DNA of 64,000 nucleotides. Source: Eledone cirrhosa (taxonomy: Eukaryota). Each line of letters opens with the position of its first letter. Positions within the stretch are counted from its first letter, which is position 1. The notes under the pieces were generated by a model, which saw only the letters and a list, made by a program, of their open reading frames with translations, did no database searches and was not told where the DNA came from. Location: NCBI GenBank assembly GCA_964016885.1, contig OZ024740.1:119908001-119972000 (forward strand), given 5' to 3'. Shown piece after piece: positions 14,098 through 26,484 of this stretch. Made by a program: the position numbers and the translations under genes.

Positions 14098-16154
14098 AAG
14101 TATTTTATTATTTTAATAATCTACCACTGGACTGTTACTGACAACTATATATGTAGATAAATCACCCTTTAGAATAAAAAAAGTACTGATATAGAAAAAG
14201 AGAGCAAGAGAAAGATTGAAGAAAATGCATTCATCACAAGGAGGAAAGGAAGGAAATATATGTCTATTGTTTTATAAGGAGTGTGAAGCATGACAAAACC
14301 TTTATTTACTAAATTTGATAAAAAATACATTATGTTTATAGTATTTTATAATATATATCTCCTATAAAAACAACAAAATACATCAGGTGTCTGGCATGTT
14401 GAAGGAGTTTAATAAAACCTTAATGGTCAGCATTTATTGGATTTGTTATTGCTGTCAGATATCTAACTGTGAAACTTCATTTATGGAAGGAATTATGATA
14501 ATATTATGTGAACATTTAGATACAAAAATAGAGAAAGAAGGAAAGAAATATAAGGCAGAAACGAAAATAAACATAAAATCTAGTTTTCCAGCATTTCTAA
14601 AATACTGCCACCCAGTTATGTTATTTTAAAAGAGTAAATTTACAGTGGCTCAACATAACACAAGGAATAATTGTCTGTTATATGTAGAAACCTACCAAAT
14701 TAATGAAACCATCAGCTCTAACAAGATATTTGTTAATCAAATTAAAATCACTTATTCTAGGTTCAGAGAAAAACATGTCTGAGAAACAGAAATAAAAAGT
14801 GTAGTACTCAGCCAGTTACTTGTAGTTCAAATAAAATTGTGGCAGGAATATCTGGTCATTCCATAAGTAATCTTTGACAGTTTTTTAACATTATTATCCT
14901 TTATATTTTGTTTCATGCATCATGATATACATGGAACAATATGTAATATTGTCAAATAACCCTACATTGCAACTCATGATATGACCTGATACATTTGGAG
15001 AATGAGAGACAGGCAGACAGAAATTAAGAGAGAAGGAATTTATGTATGGATTTTGAATGTGACAAAAAAAAATGTATCGAAGCCATTTTTCCTGAATACA
15101 TAAATATATCTTCATGCAAATAAAAGTTTCAAGCAAATTATCAAGCACATTTCTTGGATGTTTATCAGATATTTCCATGTTTCTTGTAACGAGTGATAGG
15201 TGTTCATTTTCTTTTAGTATTCGTTTTTTTTTCACATTTTTCTTCTTTTTTTTTTGAACAAAAATAAAACAAAACATAACAAAAGAATCCAAAGTGGAAG
15301 TTTTATGACTATGATCCAGTGATACACAGTGTTAAATTTGTCTTTATTTTGTTTTAATGATAGTCAAATATTTTTTCATATTTTTCAAAGGTTATTGCCA
15401 TCAAATTGTCCAATTAAGTTACCAGTGAAAGTAAAATATTTTAATATGCTTATGTGTTTGTTTGCATTTACATAAGTAAACTTATGTAAGTGTGGATATG
15501 TAGGGTACCTGTAATAATATTACACTTCAAGACCAAAATCATCACATACAAAATGCAACAGTAATAAACCATTCCAGTTTGTCAGATAACATTTCTCCCA
15601 TATTTAAGAAGCACTTTACTCCAATTTATTTCATTTTATAATCTATATTTTTCATTATTTCTCTATTATTTTTTAGTTGTTAAAATTCCATTCTCTTATA
15701 GAAGAGGAATTAAGAAAAATTTAAAAAAAGCATTACATTATTTCTTTTCATCATTATCATGACCATCATCAAAGTCATCATTATCATCATGACCACCATC
15801 AATGTGATCATAAGCGCCATCAACATTATCCTTTTATTATTAAAAATGAAAAGAAAATGTTAGCATCTATGAAGAAGCTAATATCTTGTTAGACTCTCCT
15901 ATAGTGTTTAAGTTGGATGAAGTTTCAACAATTCTTCAGATATATCCATCCAAAGGACATCATTAAGAATATTTGTGTGTGTGTGTCTGTGTGTGTGTGT
16001 GTGTGTGAATGTGTGTCTATATATATAATTCTACATTATATATACATACATATATGTAAATATAATTATATGCACACACATTAACACATACACACATATA
16101 AATGTATATATATATATATATATACATGCCACATGCATAAACACATCCATACAT

Positions 16155-16215
<61 letters not shown>

Positions 16216-16388
16216 TACACACAATTACATATACAAAAAACACAAAACAGAATACTCATATAGTTCATGAGTCCATTATTGATTTATTTATTCTGTTTCA
16301 CAGCAACATATTAAGCATTAGCATGCAACCTTTCTCGCTCTCTCTCTCTCTGACTCTCACTCTCTTTATTTTGCTCTTTCTCTCCCAT

Positions 16389-16453
<65 letters not shown>

Positions 16454-17215
16454 ATGGATTTTAAATGTTAATATTATTGCTGATTATTCTTAATTTCTCT
16501 TCTCATTAGGAAACTTTTGTTCTCCTAATTGCAGTAGAATTTACTCTCACGTGTTTTGGAAATGAATGAACACTGCAACTTCTCATTTCCCATATAATTG
16601 TATTTTTATTATTATTATTATTATTATTATCATTGTTATTATTATTATAGTGTTCTCAGTATCTCTGCACCAGTAATTCTGATTGTATAAACAATACTTG
16701 ATGTTGAGGATACTCTTTAGAAACGTGTTTAATATTCTATTGTCTAACTGGTGTGTTTTGTTTTCTATTTTCATTTATAGTTGTGTTTGTGAATGCATGT
16801 GATACTGTTGTTATTGTTTGTTAATTTTGCAGTAGCAACTTTCACAATTACATAATTATTAAAACTGATAGAAAGTTTGCTCACTGACAATTAATTTTAT
16901 CATTTATTTAGTTTTCACTTTTTGTGTTGATGTTTACTAATTTTCAATATGTTGTTATTATTATTATCATCATCACAATAAAAGTTCATCATTTGTTTTG
17001 AATTTTGTTTCTGTTCATAAATTGTATTTTTTTAGGGGTGTTGGCAAAAGCAAAATTGATTTGTTCTTCATGGGAAGAAAACCAAAATTTAAAAAAAATA
17101 TTTAAAAGTCCAGTACTTTTTTGTATTTAGACTTTGAGTGGCGGCAGCAGCAGTAGCAGCAGCAACATTTAAAAATCCTGTTGTTAAATAAAACGTACAA
17201 GCTGAAAAAATTACA

Positions 17216-17319
17216 TCATACTCCGGAGAGTAATTCAAGAATTGGCAGTATGGTAATCAGAATCAAGATGGACGATGGCACTGTGCATAGAGACGTTGCA
17301 GTATCTTTATATAATCTTT
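17216..17319 (-). CDS. Terminal coding exon of the lachesin-like gene: GPI-anchor-signal-like C-terminus
   Basis: Acceptor tttctatttccag|. Continues in phase 1 as (Q)RLYKDTATSLCTVPSSILILITILPILELLSGV-TGA (stop 17218-17216): small residues followed by a terminal hydrophobic tail, as in GPI-anchored lachesin/IgLON proteins. Absent from the ORF track. Confidence 0.8.
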
Positions 17320-18849
17320 CTGGAAATAGAAACAAAATAAAATACAAATAGAAAAATATTAAAGAGAAAATTCAAATGTTTGTTATTACATTTTTTGTTA
17401 TTGTCTTTTTATCATTTTCATCGTAATTTCATTATTATATTTCTTGTTTGTCAACATGCAGTGTGTATAGTGTTCAGAATATTTAGTTTCCTTTTAAATT
17501 TTAGGGGTATAAAATAGCCTTTTAACTTAGAAATTTTGTTCTTTTGAAGTTATTCAAAATCATTCACCTTTCTAACTAGCAGAATAAACAAATGCTCTGT
17601 TGTTTATATTGGAGAAAATGAAAATATGAACTTATAAATGTAAGGATGACAGCAATACCACTACAAAGGCTTGGGTTGATAGCCTAGTCAATACAAATGA
17701 AACTGTAAATTTATGTTAAGAAGGAAAGGATCCAATCATTGGATCATACCAAGGAAAACATTTTTCAGTGGTCTTTTGACCATTGCTGGGGTGGTGGAAT
17801 TTGAACACAGAACATACTGCTGAATCAGATACCACTAAGCACTCTATATGACTCTTTAACAACTGTGCTAATCCAACACCCCTGGACTGGTATTTTGTTT
17901 ATTGATCATGAAAGGATGAAAGGTAAAACTGATCTTATTAGAATTTGATTTCAGAATGCAGTGTGCCAGAACAAATACTGAGGCATTTAATCTGAGGCCT
18001 TACTGACTTGGCAATTCAACGGCAGTTGTATTATCCCCATAATACAAAACAGTATCAACTAAATTGCTACCACTAATGCCAAAGAATAGTGGATAAAATA
18101 GTGCATTAATAACAGCATATCCAGTGGTATTATTAGCAATATTTAAAAAGATTTATATTAATATCAAACTAGTAATAATATCCTTGCAAGTAGATAGATA
18201 ATGCTTAACCTATCCTTCCTGAAAAATGAAGAAAACAGCATCATCTAGGTGACCATAGATCTACAGCTGGAAAGTCCCTTTCCAATGTACAAGTTTAGAC
18301 AAGGTTTTTTAAGGAAGGCCAGCAGACGCCAAAGCATACAATTATCTGATGTTGTCCAAGTGACTAGTAGCACTAGTGATATCATAGGCAAACACAGAAC
18401 ACAAATTGTCAAATGGATATCACACAACATCAAATAACCAGCTCTAATAGATATATAATAATATATCATCAGTGTCACCATAGGTTCCTTTCCTCTGAAG
18501 AGTAAATGCGAAAAAAACACTTATAATAATGGCAGTTACTACGAAGAATAAATTACTGGCAGATAAAATCCAGATGGTAGTTTATATATACTTTTGGGGT
18601 GGGGGTGGAATAGTGGTGGTGTAATATCGGTCATTTTTCTATGTTGTGTCCAGTGGCTTTTTTTAAACCCAAAATTAGTCATTTAGTTTAAATATTGAGA
18701 CCCCAACCCATCCTATTTGTTTTATAACTTTTGGATTTCTAGTAATATACCTTTTTTGTCATGTATGATTTTTGATGTCTAAATGAAATTAATTGTCATA
18801 GGAATGCTATCACTTAAAATAAAATCTTGCCAGAGATAGATCAGCAAAA

Positions 18850-19006
18850 TTCAATAAGTGAGAGCAGACCTCAGATCGCTGAAACTCACGGAGGAGATGA
18901 CGAAGGACCGTGACAAGTGGAGAGATGCTGTGCTGAATAGCACCTGTCCAACCCTTGCAAGCAGGGAAAAGCGGACGTAAAATGATGATGATGATGATGA
19001 TGATGA
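18850..19006 (+). mobile_element. 3' end of a second RTE family with (ATG)n tail
   Basis: ..VRADLRSLKLTEEMTKDRDKWRDAVLNST.. followed by cccttgcaagcagggaaaagcggacgtaaaa(tga)n. Confidence 0.75.
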
Positions 19007-19454
19007 GGTGGGGGAGAAGATTATTTGAGACCCAAGAGAAAGCAAAATATAAATTCAGCAACAAGAAATTTTTTACAGTCATTTCCCTTTTCTAAAAGAG
19101 ACATCAGAGTTACAAGTCCCCTAAAAGCCTTCATGGTGTCCTTTTAGATGAATTTTGTATGGCCAGAGACCCTTCTATTAATAAGTGACTAGATCATATG
19201 TTTCTGATTTTCCTTTCAGCAAAGCTTTATAACCTATTTTAGATTATTAGCCATTTTCAAAATGTATTCATTACCACATTTCTAATGAAATACACTTCTC
19301 CTTATTTATCTAGTATTTAGAAATTAACTTAACAAAGATACTTACATTAAAAAAATTATGATGGAAGTATTTTAAATAAATATAAACACTTCAAAATAAA
19401 CAAGTTCGTACCAGAAAACCAGAGATAGTTTCAGGTGGTTTGGTATCAAATAAT

Positions 19455-19539
19455 TGTTTCTACTTTTGGCACAAGGCCAGCAATTACCCCAATACGTTAC
19501 TGGTGCTTTATATTATCGATCCCTTAAGGATGAAAGGCA
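19455..19539 (-). mobile_element. 5'-truncated SINE family B with 8-bp TSD caaataat
   Basis: Matches the 3' part of 28843-29028; direct repeat at 19447-19454 and 19540-19547. Confidence 0.75.
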
Positions 19540-19551
19540 CAAATAATGAAT

Positions 19552-19870
19552 GCAAGCATGACTGAGTGGTTAACAAGTTTGCTTTACAATCAGTTGATTC
19601 AGTCATGCTTTTACCTTTATGGGCATGGGTCTTCTACTAAAGCCTCAGGTTAATGTGAGTGAAATGTGATTGAGTCATGCTTTTACCTGTATGGGCATGG
19701 GTCTTCTACTAAAGCCTCAGGTTAATGTGAGTGAAATGTGATTCAGTCATGCTTTTACCTGTATGGGCATGGGTCTTCTACTAAAGCCTCAGGTTAATGT
19801 GAGTGAAATGTGGTTGACAGAAATTGTTGAAGCTTACTATATGCATGTATAGTTGGATTTGTGTGTGTGA
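19552..19870 (+). mobile_element. Degenerate tRNA-SINE (family C) containing a 3 x 72-bp tandem array (19596-19811)
   Basis: A-box-like tgactgagtggttaa; unit gattcagtcatgcttttacc..gtgagtgaaatgt starting at 19596, 19668 and 19740. Confidence 0.75.
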
Positions 19871-20150
19871 GTGTGTGCATATGTATGTATGAATGTATGT
19901 GTTCATGTCAGCATTTACATTTGTGCCTGTGCCTGTGTTTTTGTCCGATAACTTAGTGTTTAAAAAAAAAATGATGATAGAATATGTAGCAGACTTTAAA
20001 AATTAAGCAGAAAGTGGTGCTCCAGCATGGCCATAGTTCAATAACTGAAACAAGTAAAAAAAAAAGGGAAAGAATATTCTACTTAAATACATTTGAAAGA
20101 ATGAAACAACAGAGAAAGGCAAGAGTATAAAGTAGATATTGTTTACTTAC

Positions 20151-20348
20151 GTTCATTTTGAGAACTTCCACTCCCATAGGGAGTTGTCTTAGTCTCATGT
20201 GTCTTATGTGATATGACAGGATAACTCGGTTTTTGTTTTTCATTGTTGTTGTGTTCACTATCATATCCAGGCTTGTTGTTATCTAGGCCAGAAATTCCGG
20301 ACTTTGAAGAACTGACTGTCGTAGATTTTGTGCTTGATACTCCAATTT
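20151..20348 (-). CDS. Penultimate coding exon of the lachesin-like gene: Ser/Thr-rich stalk
   Basis: Acceptor ttttaccttgcag| and donor C|gtaagt. 198 bp, phase 1-1, open frame (E)IGVSSTKSTTVSSSKSGISGLDNNKPGYDSEHNNNEKQKPSYPVISHKTHETKTTPYGSGSSQNE, in frame with the Ig exon (G|AA=Glu). Confidence 0.82.
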
Positions 20349-20743
20349 CTGCAAGGTAAAAATAAATGAAAATATTGGTACAGTTTAAACACTTTAAAAT
20401 ATTAGATATTCTATTATAAGACATTATATTACATTATATTACATCATGGTTTTCAAATATGAATAGCAGAAAAAAAAAGAAGAGAAAAGCTAAGCAAACT
20501 TCACAGCCTTTGTTGAGCAGTATATCTCAGTTGTTCCTCACACACAAGGTTGCAAAAACATTGTCACAAAGAATGATCAATGATATGTACTGCAGCAACA
20601 ATTCTAATCATATATTTATGAGTTTATAGTTGGTCTAGAGTGTTTATTGACTGGTGTATAAAGTGATGTGAAAAATACAAAAAACGTATGAATTATTGAA
20701 GATCTGGAAGGGTTTGAAATTTGAAAATGTGAGAGTTCCAAAT

Positions 20744-20978
20744 GCAGAATATAACTAATAACAGTCAATCATTATAGATAATATTTGAAAAAACTGAGTA
20801 AGTTACATTTAGAGACATAAAAACAGAGGCATAATGGTAACACTTTCACAATATTCAAGAAATATGAGGTTTATTTTTTCAAAGGCACCTGTCTAATCTT
20901 CTCAATCCCTAAGGGTAATTTACCTGATTTTCTCAACTATTATCTATAGTGATTGACTGTTATTACAGTTATGTTCTG
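20744..20978. repeat. Degenerate fold-back element
   Basis: cagaatataact..taataacagtcaatcattatagataata versus tattatctatagtgattgactgttatta..agttatgttctg. Confidence 0.7.
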
Positions 20979-21190
20979 TGATTGGGGCTCACAGATTAAA
21001 AGAAAAACAAGATTCAATATATCTGCCCAATATTCTATTTTAACCCTTTCACTAATATATTTCTAATTGAAGAAACTGCTTATAATTTTCAAATCATTTA
21101 GAACATATTCAAGAAGTTGGAGCAATTTAGTAATAAAACTAAGTTTCTCATTATTAATCTGGTGTTACAGTTCTTGAAGAAAATTATAAT

Positions 21191-21279
21191 TGTTTCTACT
21201 TTTGGCACAAGGTCAGCAATTACCCAGTGTATTACTGGTACTTTATTTTATCGACCCTGTAAGGATGAAAGGCAAAGTT
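21191..21279 (-). mobile_element. 5'-truncated SINE family B with 11-bp TSD aaaattataat
   Basis: TSD at 21180-21190 and 21280-21290. Confidence 0.8.
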
Positions 21280-21620
21280 AAAATTATAATAACATGTTTT
21301 TAGATATATATAAACAATTTCAAATAAACAGCTTTTCTCATGGAACCTTATATATATGTATATGATCTTGCAAAATGGCACCTATCAAAGTCGATGGCAC
21401 AGGAATGTGATCTCTGGCACTATGCAGTAATACAGAGGTCTCGTCCTCCCATATGCAGAAGTTGAGGCATACATCTAGTATGCACCACCTTCTCTCCTAT
21501 CAACCCTCCCATACACCTCCCATGATGTAATCATCCCGACCCCTATATCTACCTACCCAATTCCCCTTGAATCTCCCCACCCACACTATAAAGTTTTCAT
21601 CCTGGATCCATGGCAATAAG

Positions 21621-22035
21621 CACCCAGCCCACATTGTAATGTGATCATGTAGGTGTCATGACAAAAAGCATCCAGTCTACACTGTAAAGTGAATGTGTTG
21701 GTGACATGACAAATTGTGCCCAGCCCACACTGTAAGTGGTCATGTAAGTGTCATGACAAAAAGCATGCAGTCCACAATGTAAAGCAGCCATATAGGTGTC
21801 ATGATGAAATGTGCCCAGACTACACTCTAAAGTGGTCATGTAGGTATCACAAGAAAAACAACCAGCACACACTGTAAATGTGGTTGACATTTGGAAGGGT
21901 ATCCTGCTGCAGAAACCAAGCCAAAATCTGTTCTGTGTGAGCAAAACATGGTCCTCCAAACTGGATGTCTCACAATGGAGCAGTATGACTTACAAATTCT
22001 AGTGAGGAAAATGAATGTGAAACAATGATGATTAT
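21621..22035 (+). mobile_element. Old RTE 3'UTR with expanded ~48-bp subrepeat array
   Basis: About 5.5 units of cacccagcccacactgtaaagtggtcatgtaggtgtcatgacaaaaag, then the RTE tail ending aaacaatgatga. Confidence 0.7.
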
Positions 22036-22109
22036 ATATATATATATATATATTTCGTTTCTGAATTTGTTTAGCAAGATTCTTTATCTGAAATCGTGTG
22101 TTGAAACCG

Positions 22110-22986
22110 ATATTGTTATACTTTGGGAGGGTCATGTTGCCAATAAGAAACACACGCACCAGTTGCTTTCACTTCAATTTATTATATATTTATAAATTTA
22201 TAAATTCACAAATCTACAAACTTATAAATTTCTGGTTGGTTGGTTGGTTCCACAACCAGGTAGTTGTTTATATATAGTCATAGTCCTTTCGTCACACACT
22301 CTGTGACCTCTTCAGTGACTGGGGATTCCTTTCTTTGTTTCTGTGCCTTTCCTTTCTTCTATCCTACGCCATTTTGTTTCTGTGTGTGTGTTGTGTGCTC
22401 AGTTTGTGCATGCGCCACATCCGGGTGTCTGTGTGTGTTTGTGTTCATTTATCTATTTGTTTATTTATTTATTTATTTATTGTTGGTTGGTTGTTTGTTC
22501 TATGTGTGTGTGTTTTCATTTTGTCCTGTGTGTGTCTTCATTTTGTCCTTAGTTGTAAGTTGTTTGTTCTATGTGTGTGTGTGTTTTCATTTTGTCCTGT
22601 GTGTGTTTTCATTTTGTCCTTAGTTGTAAGTTGTTTGTTCTATGTGTGTGTGTGTTTTCATTTTGTACTGTGTGTGTTTTCATTTTGTCCTTAATTGTAA
22701 GTTGTGATGTTGCTGTTCCACTCATATTTTCTATTTAATTTTTGTTGTAATTCTTTTATGCTTACTGCCTCTGTAATTTGCCTAAACATTGCATCTTTAC
22801 ATTGCATAGTGACGAAAGGACTATGACTATATATAAACAACTACCTGGTTGTGGAACCAACCAACCAACCAGAAATTTATAAGTTTGTAGATTTGTGAAT
22901 TTATAAATTTATAAATATATAATAAATTGAAGTGAAAGCAACTGGTGCGTGTGTTTCTTATTGGCAACATGACCCTCCCAAAGTAT

Positions 22987-22994
<8 letters not shown>
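22110..22994. repeat. 186-bp perfect inverted repeat (22110-22295 / 22809-22994) flanking a ~510-bp spacer with 3 x ~70-bp tandem units
   Basis: No mismatches seen between the arms. Spacer units ttgtttgttctatgtgtgtg..ttttgtccttagttgtaag at ~22490-22705. Confidence 0.93.
22276..22320 (-). ncRNA. Minimal type-I hammerhead ribozyme motif
   Basis: AGUCA-CUGAAGA-G-GUCAC-AGAGUGU-GUGAC-GAAA-GGAC-UA-UGACU: intact core, perfect 5-bp stems I and II. Confidence 0.75.
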
Positions 22995-23043
<49 letters not shown>

Positions 23044-23066
23044 ATAGATAGATATATGTATATACA

Positions 23067-25325
23067 TTTTTTTTAAAACTTTATTTACATTAGTTTATAA
23101 CTTTGCCTATTAATCCATATGGTGAACAAATGGGGTCCCACGTGCTGGCCTCCCCACAGCCCCGGCAGACAGGATGGAGAAGGCGTTTGCCCGGAGGATG
23201 GTAAGAGAGATGCGCTGGGAGAGCCATTCCAACTCGCGAGGCTCACACCTGCGGCTGGTCAGCTCAGCACCTATTGTGAATATGGAGGTAGCCCTCGGTC
23301 CAGCCCCACCGGCTTGAGCTGGGAGGGAAGCCTGCAGCGTCCAAGCCATGCTTAATGACCTTGTTAAGGGCAGCATGGAGTGGAAGGCGGCCGGCACTGT
23401 GGTGACAGGAAAGTGGGTGGAGTCCGAAAGAGTCCACGGTGGACCCACACCAACATTTATGTGGCTCGCAGTTCCGGAGTCCAAGCCTCAAGGAAACGCT
23501 GATGCACAGGCTATTATTATCCAGCTGCGTGCCAGTTGAGAAGAAGGGCAAGGCATAGAGCCAGGCACCACTGTGGGGTTTGGAGACCAGACAAAAGCAG
23601 GCAAGGCGGTGCTGGTCGAGTTGGCGCGTGAGCCTGTCTGAGGCCAGGCTGCACAGGATGGCATCCCATACGCTTTGGGAGGACTTGAGTTCAGCAGGGG
23701 AGAAGGAGGAAGGACGTCTACTGGGCTAAATCCCAGCCTGTCCCATGTCTCACAGGCGATCTCACGTTCCCTGAACACAGAGGGTTCTATTGTGTTAGAC
23801 GAGGATGCAGCATGAGTTTACCGATGAAAGAAACGCCAGCAAAGCCAGCGAGATCAGGGACCAGAGGCCATAGCCGCCATAACTGAGAGGTAAAGAGGCC
23901 TGTTGCCATCCAATGTCGTCAAACCTGACGTTGCATATCTCCTCAGCTGCCGCTCGGATACAAGTATGGAGGTCAGCAAAGAAAGATGCGTGGCTGTAGC
24001 ATGGAGCGCTGCGAAGGGTGTCGAGGAGCTTCAACATGGCGAAGCAGTTACTCAACAGGAAGAGAACTTGGTGGCCGTCGTTCAAGCCCAGTTGGCTTGT
24101 GAGGGCCTGGAGTTGTTGGAGCCTAGAGTTGATGGTGGGGTGGATGGCCAGCGAGTGGATCAGTGACCTGAGTATGAGGACATCCTCTTTGGGGGTCACC
24201 TGTACCTGGTGGAGAATGGACTGCACATCCAAGATGGAGGTTGCAAAGCTCTCAGCATCTTAGCTGAGATTCACTACCTCCGACTTGGACGAGTTGAACT
24301 GGAGGCCGATTCCCGCCAGGGCAGGAACCACCCATTGAAGGTCATGGCAGACAGTCTCCATGGGCCCGCCCAGTGCAGCATCATCCAGGTACCAAATGTT
24401 GAGAGGGGCCGTGATACTCCGGGCAATACGGTCTATACCAAGGGCAAACAGGAGGGGGCTAAAAGGGTCGCCCTGTTAAACCCCAGTGGCCAAAGGTATG
24501 ACCGTGTCAGCAGCAAGGAGCATGCTCGGGGCTCCATATGACAAGTAGGCCAACAGGTAGGTGGATGGGGCTCGGCTGAGGCAGGCATTGAGCAAATGGT
24601 CCCGGCTTATGCAGTTAAAGGCATTCCTCATGTCAAGCTTGACAATGAGGTGCCTGAAGTCCCTGGATGCCAGTTCTGGTGGGCAGCTATTGAAGAACTG
24701 CCTGGTTGCACATGCAGCCCCCTCACAGCCACTGGATATGCCGACACCCAGTTGCACCAGACTGAACTCCTTACCCAGTTCAGGTGATATGGACCTGCAG
24801 ACCACCTTAGCAGCCAGCCTCTGGAAGACGTCCACAGTGATGGGGCATATGCCACCCTATTTCTTCCTGAGAGCGGTCAGGCTAGCCGAAATAAAGAGGT
24901 CTCGGGCATGAGTATCCAGGGAGCCATGGATAAGCCTATTGCTGAGTGCCACAATTGCACTCAGAAGGCGGCAACCGGCCTCAGCAGAGATGGGCTATAG
25001 CACATCTTTGAGGTGGCCTGGTCGAAAACCATCAGCACCTGCGCTGCTGCTAGATGGGTAGGACTTGAATGCAGATATGATATCTGCCTTGGAAGCTACA
25101 AGGAGCAGGTGGGGATTGAGTCACAGGGCAGCCAGGATCTCCTTGGTGGGTTGGAGGACAGTATCCTCTGAGGTAACCACCCTGACTGCGGTCTTGACAT
25201 CACCCATGATAAGTTTAGTGTTTACACAGTCACGCAAACGCTTGGTGTTGGCCTCAGGAGTGGAGGATTGGAGGCACCCAAGAGTAGGGGTTGTGGCATC
25301 CTTCGGCACACTTCGAATGGGAGCT
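23067..25325 (-). mobile_element. CRE-like (RLE-type) non-LTR retrotransposon, 5'-truncated and pseudogenised
   Basis: RT motifs QLGVG..GCEG, KLDMRNAFN, GV*QGDPFSPLLF, WYLDD, LSYGGYGL; CxC..HxxxC knuckle (CWCG..GLHPLSC); C-terminal QRISLTILRANA; AATAAA and an A-tail at 23067-23088. GC-rich. Confidence 0.85.
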
Positions 25326-26200
25326 TGCCCAAAGGACATAACATTGAAACACATTATATACATAAATACAGAGAGATTGAGAGCTATCAGATAGATAAGT
25401 AAGGCTATATTCAGTTAAGTATTCGATACTTGGGTAAGTAGTTTGTATATATAGAGAAGATTTAAATAGTGCCTGATGGCTGAACTCATGCTGTTTCAAC
25501 GGGGATTGGATTACTGAATTAATTGTTCATTTTCAGCTATTTCCATATAATGTTCCCTTAGGGATGGGCATGTGTGGAGTATGTGGAAAAAAGGGTGTAG
25601 TTGGAGGAAGGAAGGAAAAAAGTTACAGAGTAAAGTATTGGGGGGAGCTTTGCCTAATAGTCTCATATTCATGAAGGATCTGTTGCTCTGTCTATGTCCA
25701 TGTGTGCAGGCGCACTCCTGGTGCTTTGATTTATATATTCTTTACCCTCTTAGTTATATGTAAGTGTGTATTTCTGCATCCGTGTGTACTTGCTGGGTTG
25801 TGAGATCATTATATGATGGTCTATGGGTGAAGAGGCTAAAATTTGGTAAGGAACGAAACTGCTATAGTGTCAAAAACTAGGTTAAAAGATTCTGGTTTGG
25901 AGGTAAATTCAAGGAAGTATTATCTCTTCCTGTTCTCCCTCTACTCCCCCGAACTCACCCTCACCTTTCTTCACTCGCCTCTTCTTTTATTATGGTGCTA
26001 GTTTTAGTGTGGTTGTGGTTGTATGGGGTGTGGGTTACTAATTTTAGTGTGTGGGTATGTATGGTTGAGTTGTTGAGGTTATGCTATATGGATATATAGC
26101 CCTTCTACGCATATGGTGTGTATGTATGTGACCACGTGTGGACGCTTCTCGTGGTAGTCTTGGCACATTGTTGGTGTTTGTATGAATGTGTGTGTGTAAA
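25326..26200 (-). mobile_element. Highly decayed probable Penelope-like remnant
   Basis: Hammerhead-like agCTGAAAA..GAAACAGCATG near 25540-25480 and a weak GIY-YIG-like trace (EYINQSTR..QQI) near 25740-25670. Confidence 0.3.
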
Positions 26201-26224
26201 AGAAGAAAATATTGCAAGTCAAAT

Positions 26225-26480
26225 TAATCGGCATCATTTGCGATTACCATCTGCTATTGTGTATGAAGGAACATGATTACATCTCTGTAGAATTCTTTTA
26301 GCTTCAATGCAAATAAATCTGTCAGCCACTGATTTAACTGGTCTTCATTGCCGAACAACTTTGACTGCATTGATTTGCTTATTGAGAGAAAAAGTTGATA
26401 GCCTCTAGGCACAGGGTCAGGCGAATATGGCATTAGGTGCAGACCTCCCCAACCTTGTTCCAGCAACTTCTCATGGGTCA
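26225..26480 (-). mobile_element. Mariner (Tc1/mariner) transposase C-terminal fragment
   Basis: ..LLEQGWGGLHLMPYSPDPVPRGYQLFLSI..FGNEDQLNQWLTDLFA..EFYRDVIMFL, a decayed YSPDLAPxDYxLF region. Confidence 0.85.
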
Positions 26481-26484
26481 TTGG

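Noticed and set aside
21621-21885. Regularly spaced repeats resembling a CRISPR array (also 19596-19811 and 22490-22705)
   Set aside because: Head-to-tail tandem units without unique spacers, derived from TE sequence, with no cas genes and a eukaryotic context.
23119-25394. Plus-strand ORFs over the GC-rich region
   Set aside because: Antisense shadows of the minus-strand CRE-like RT ORF.
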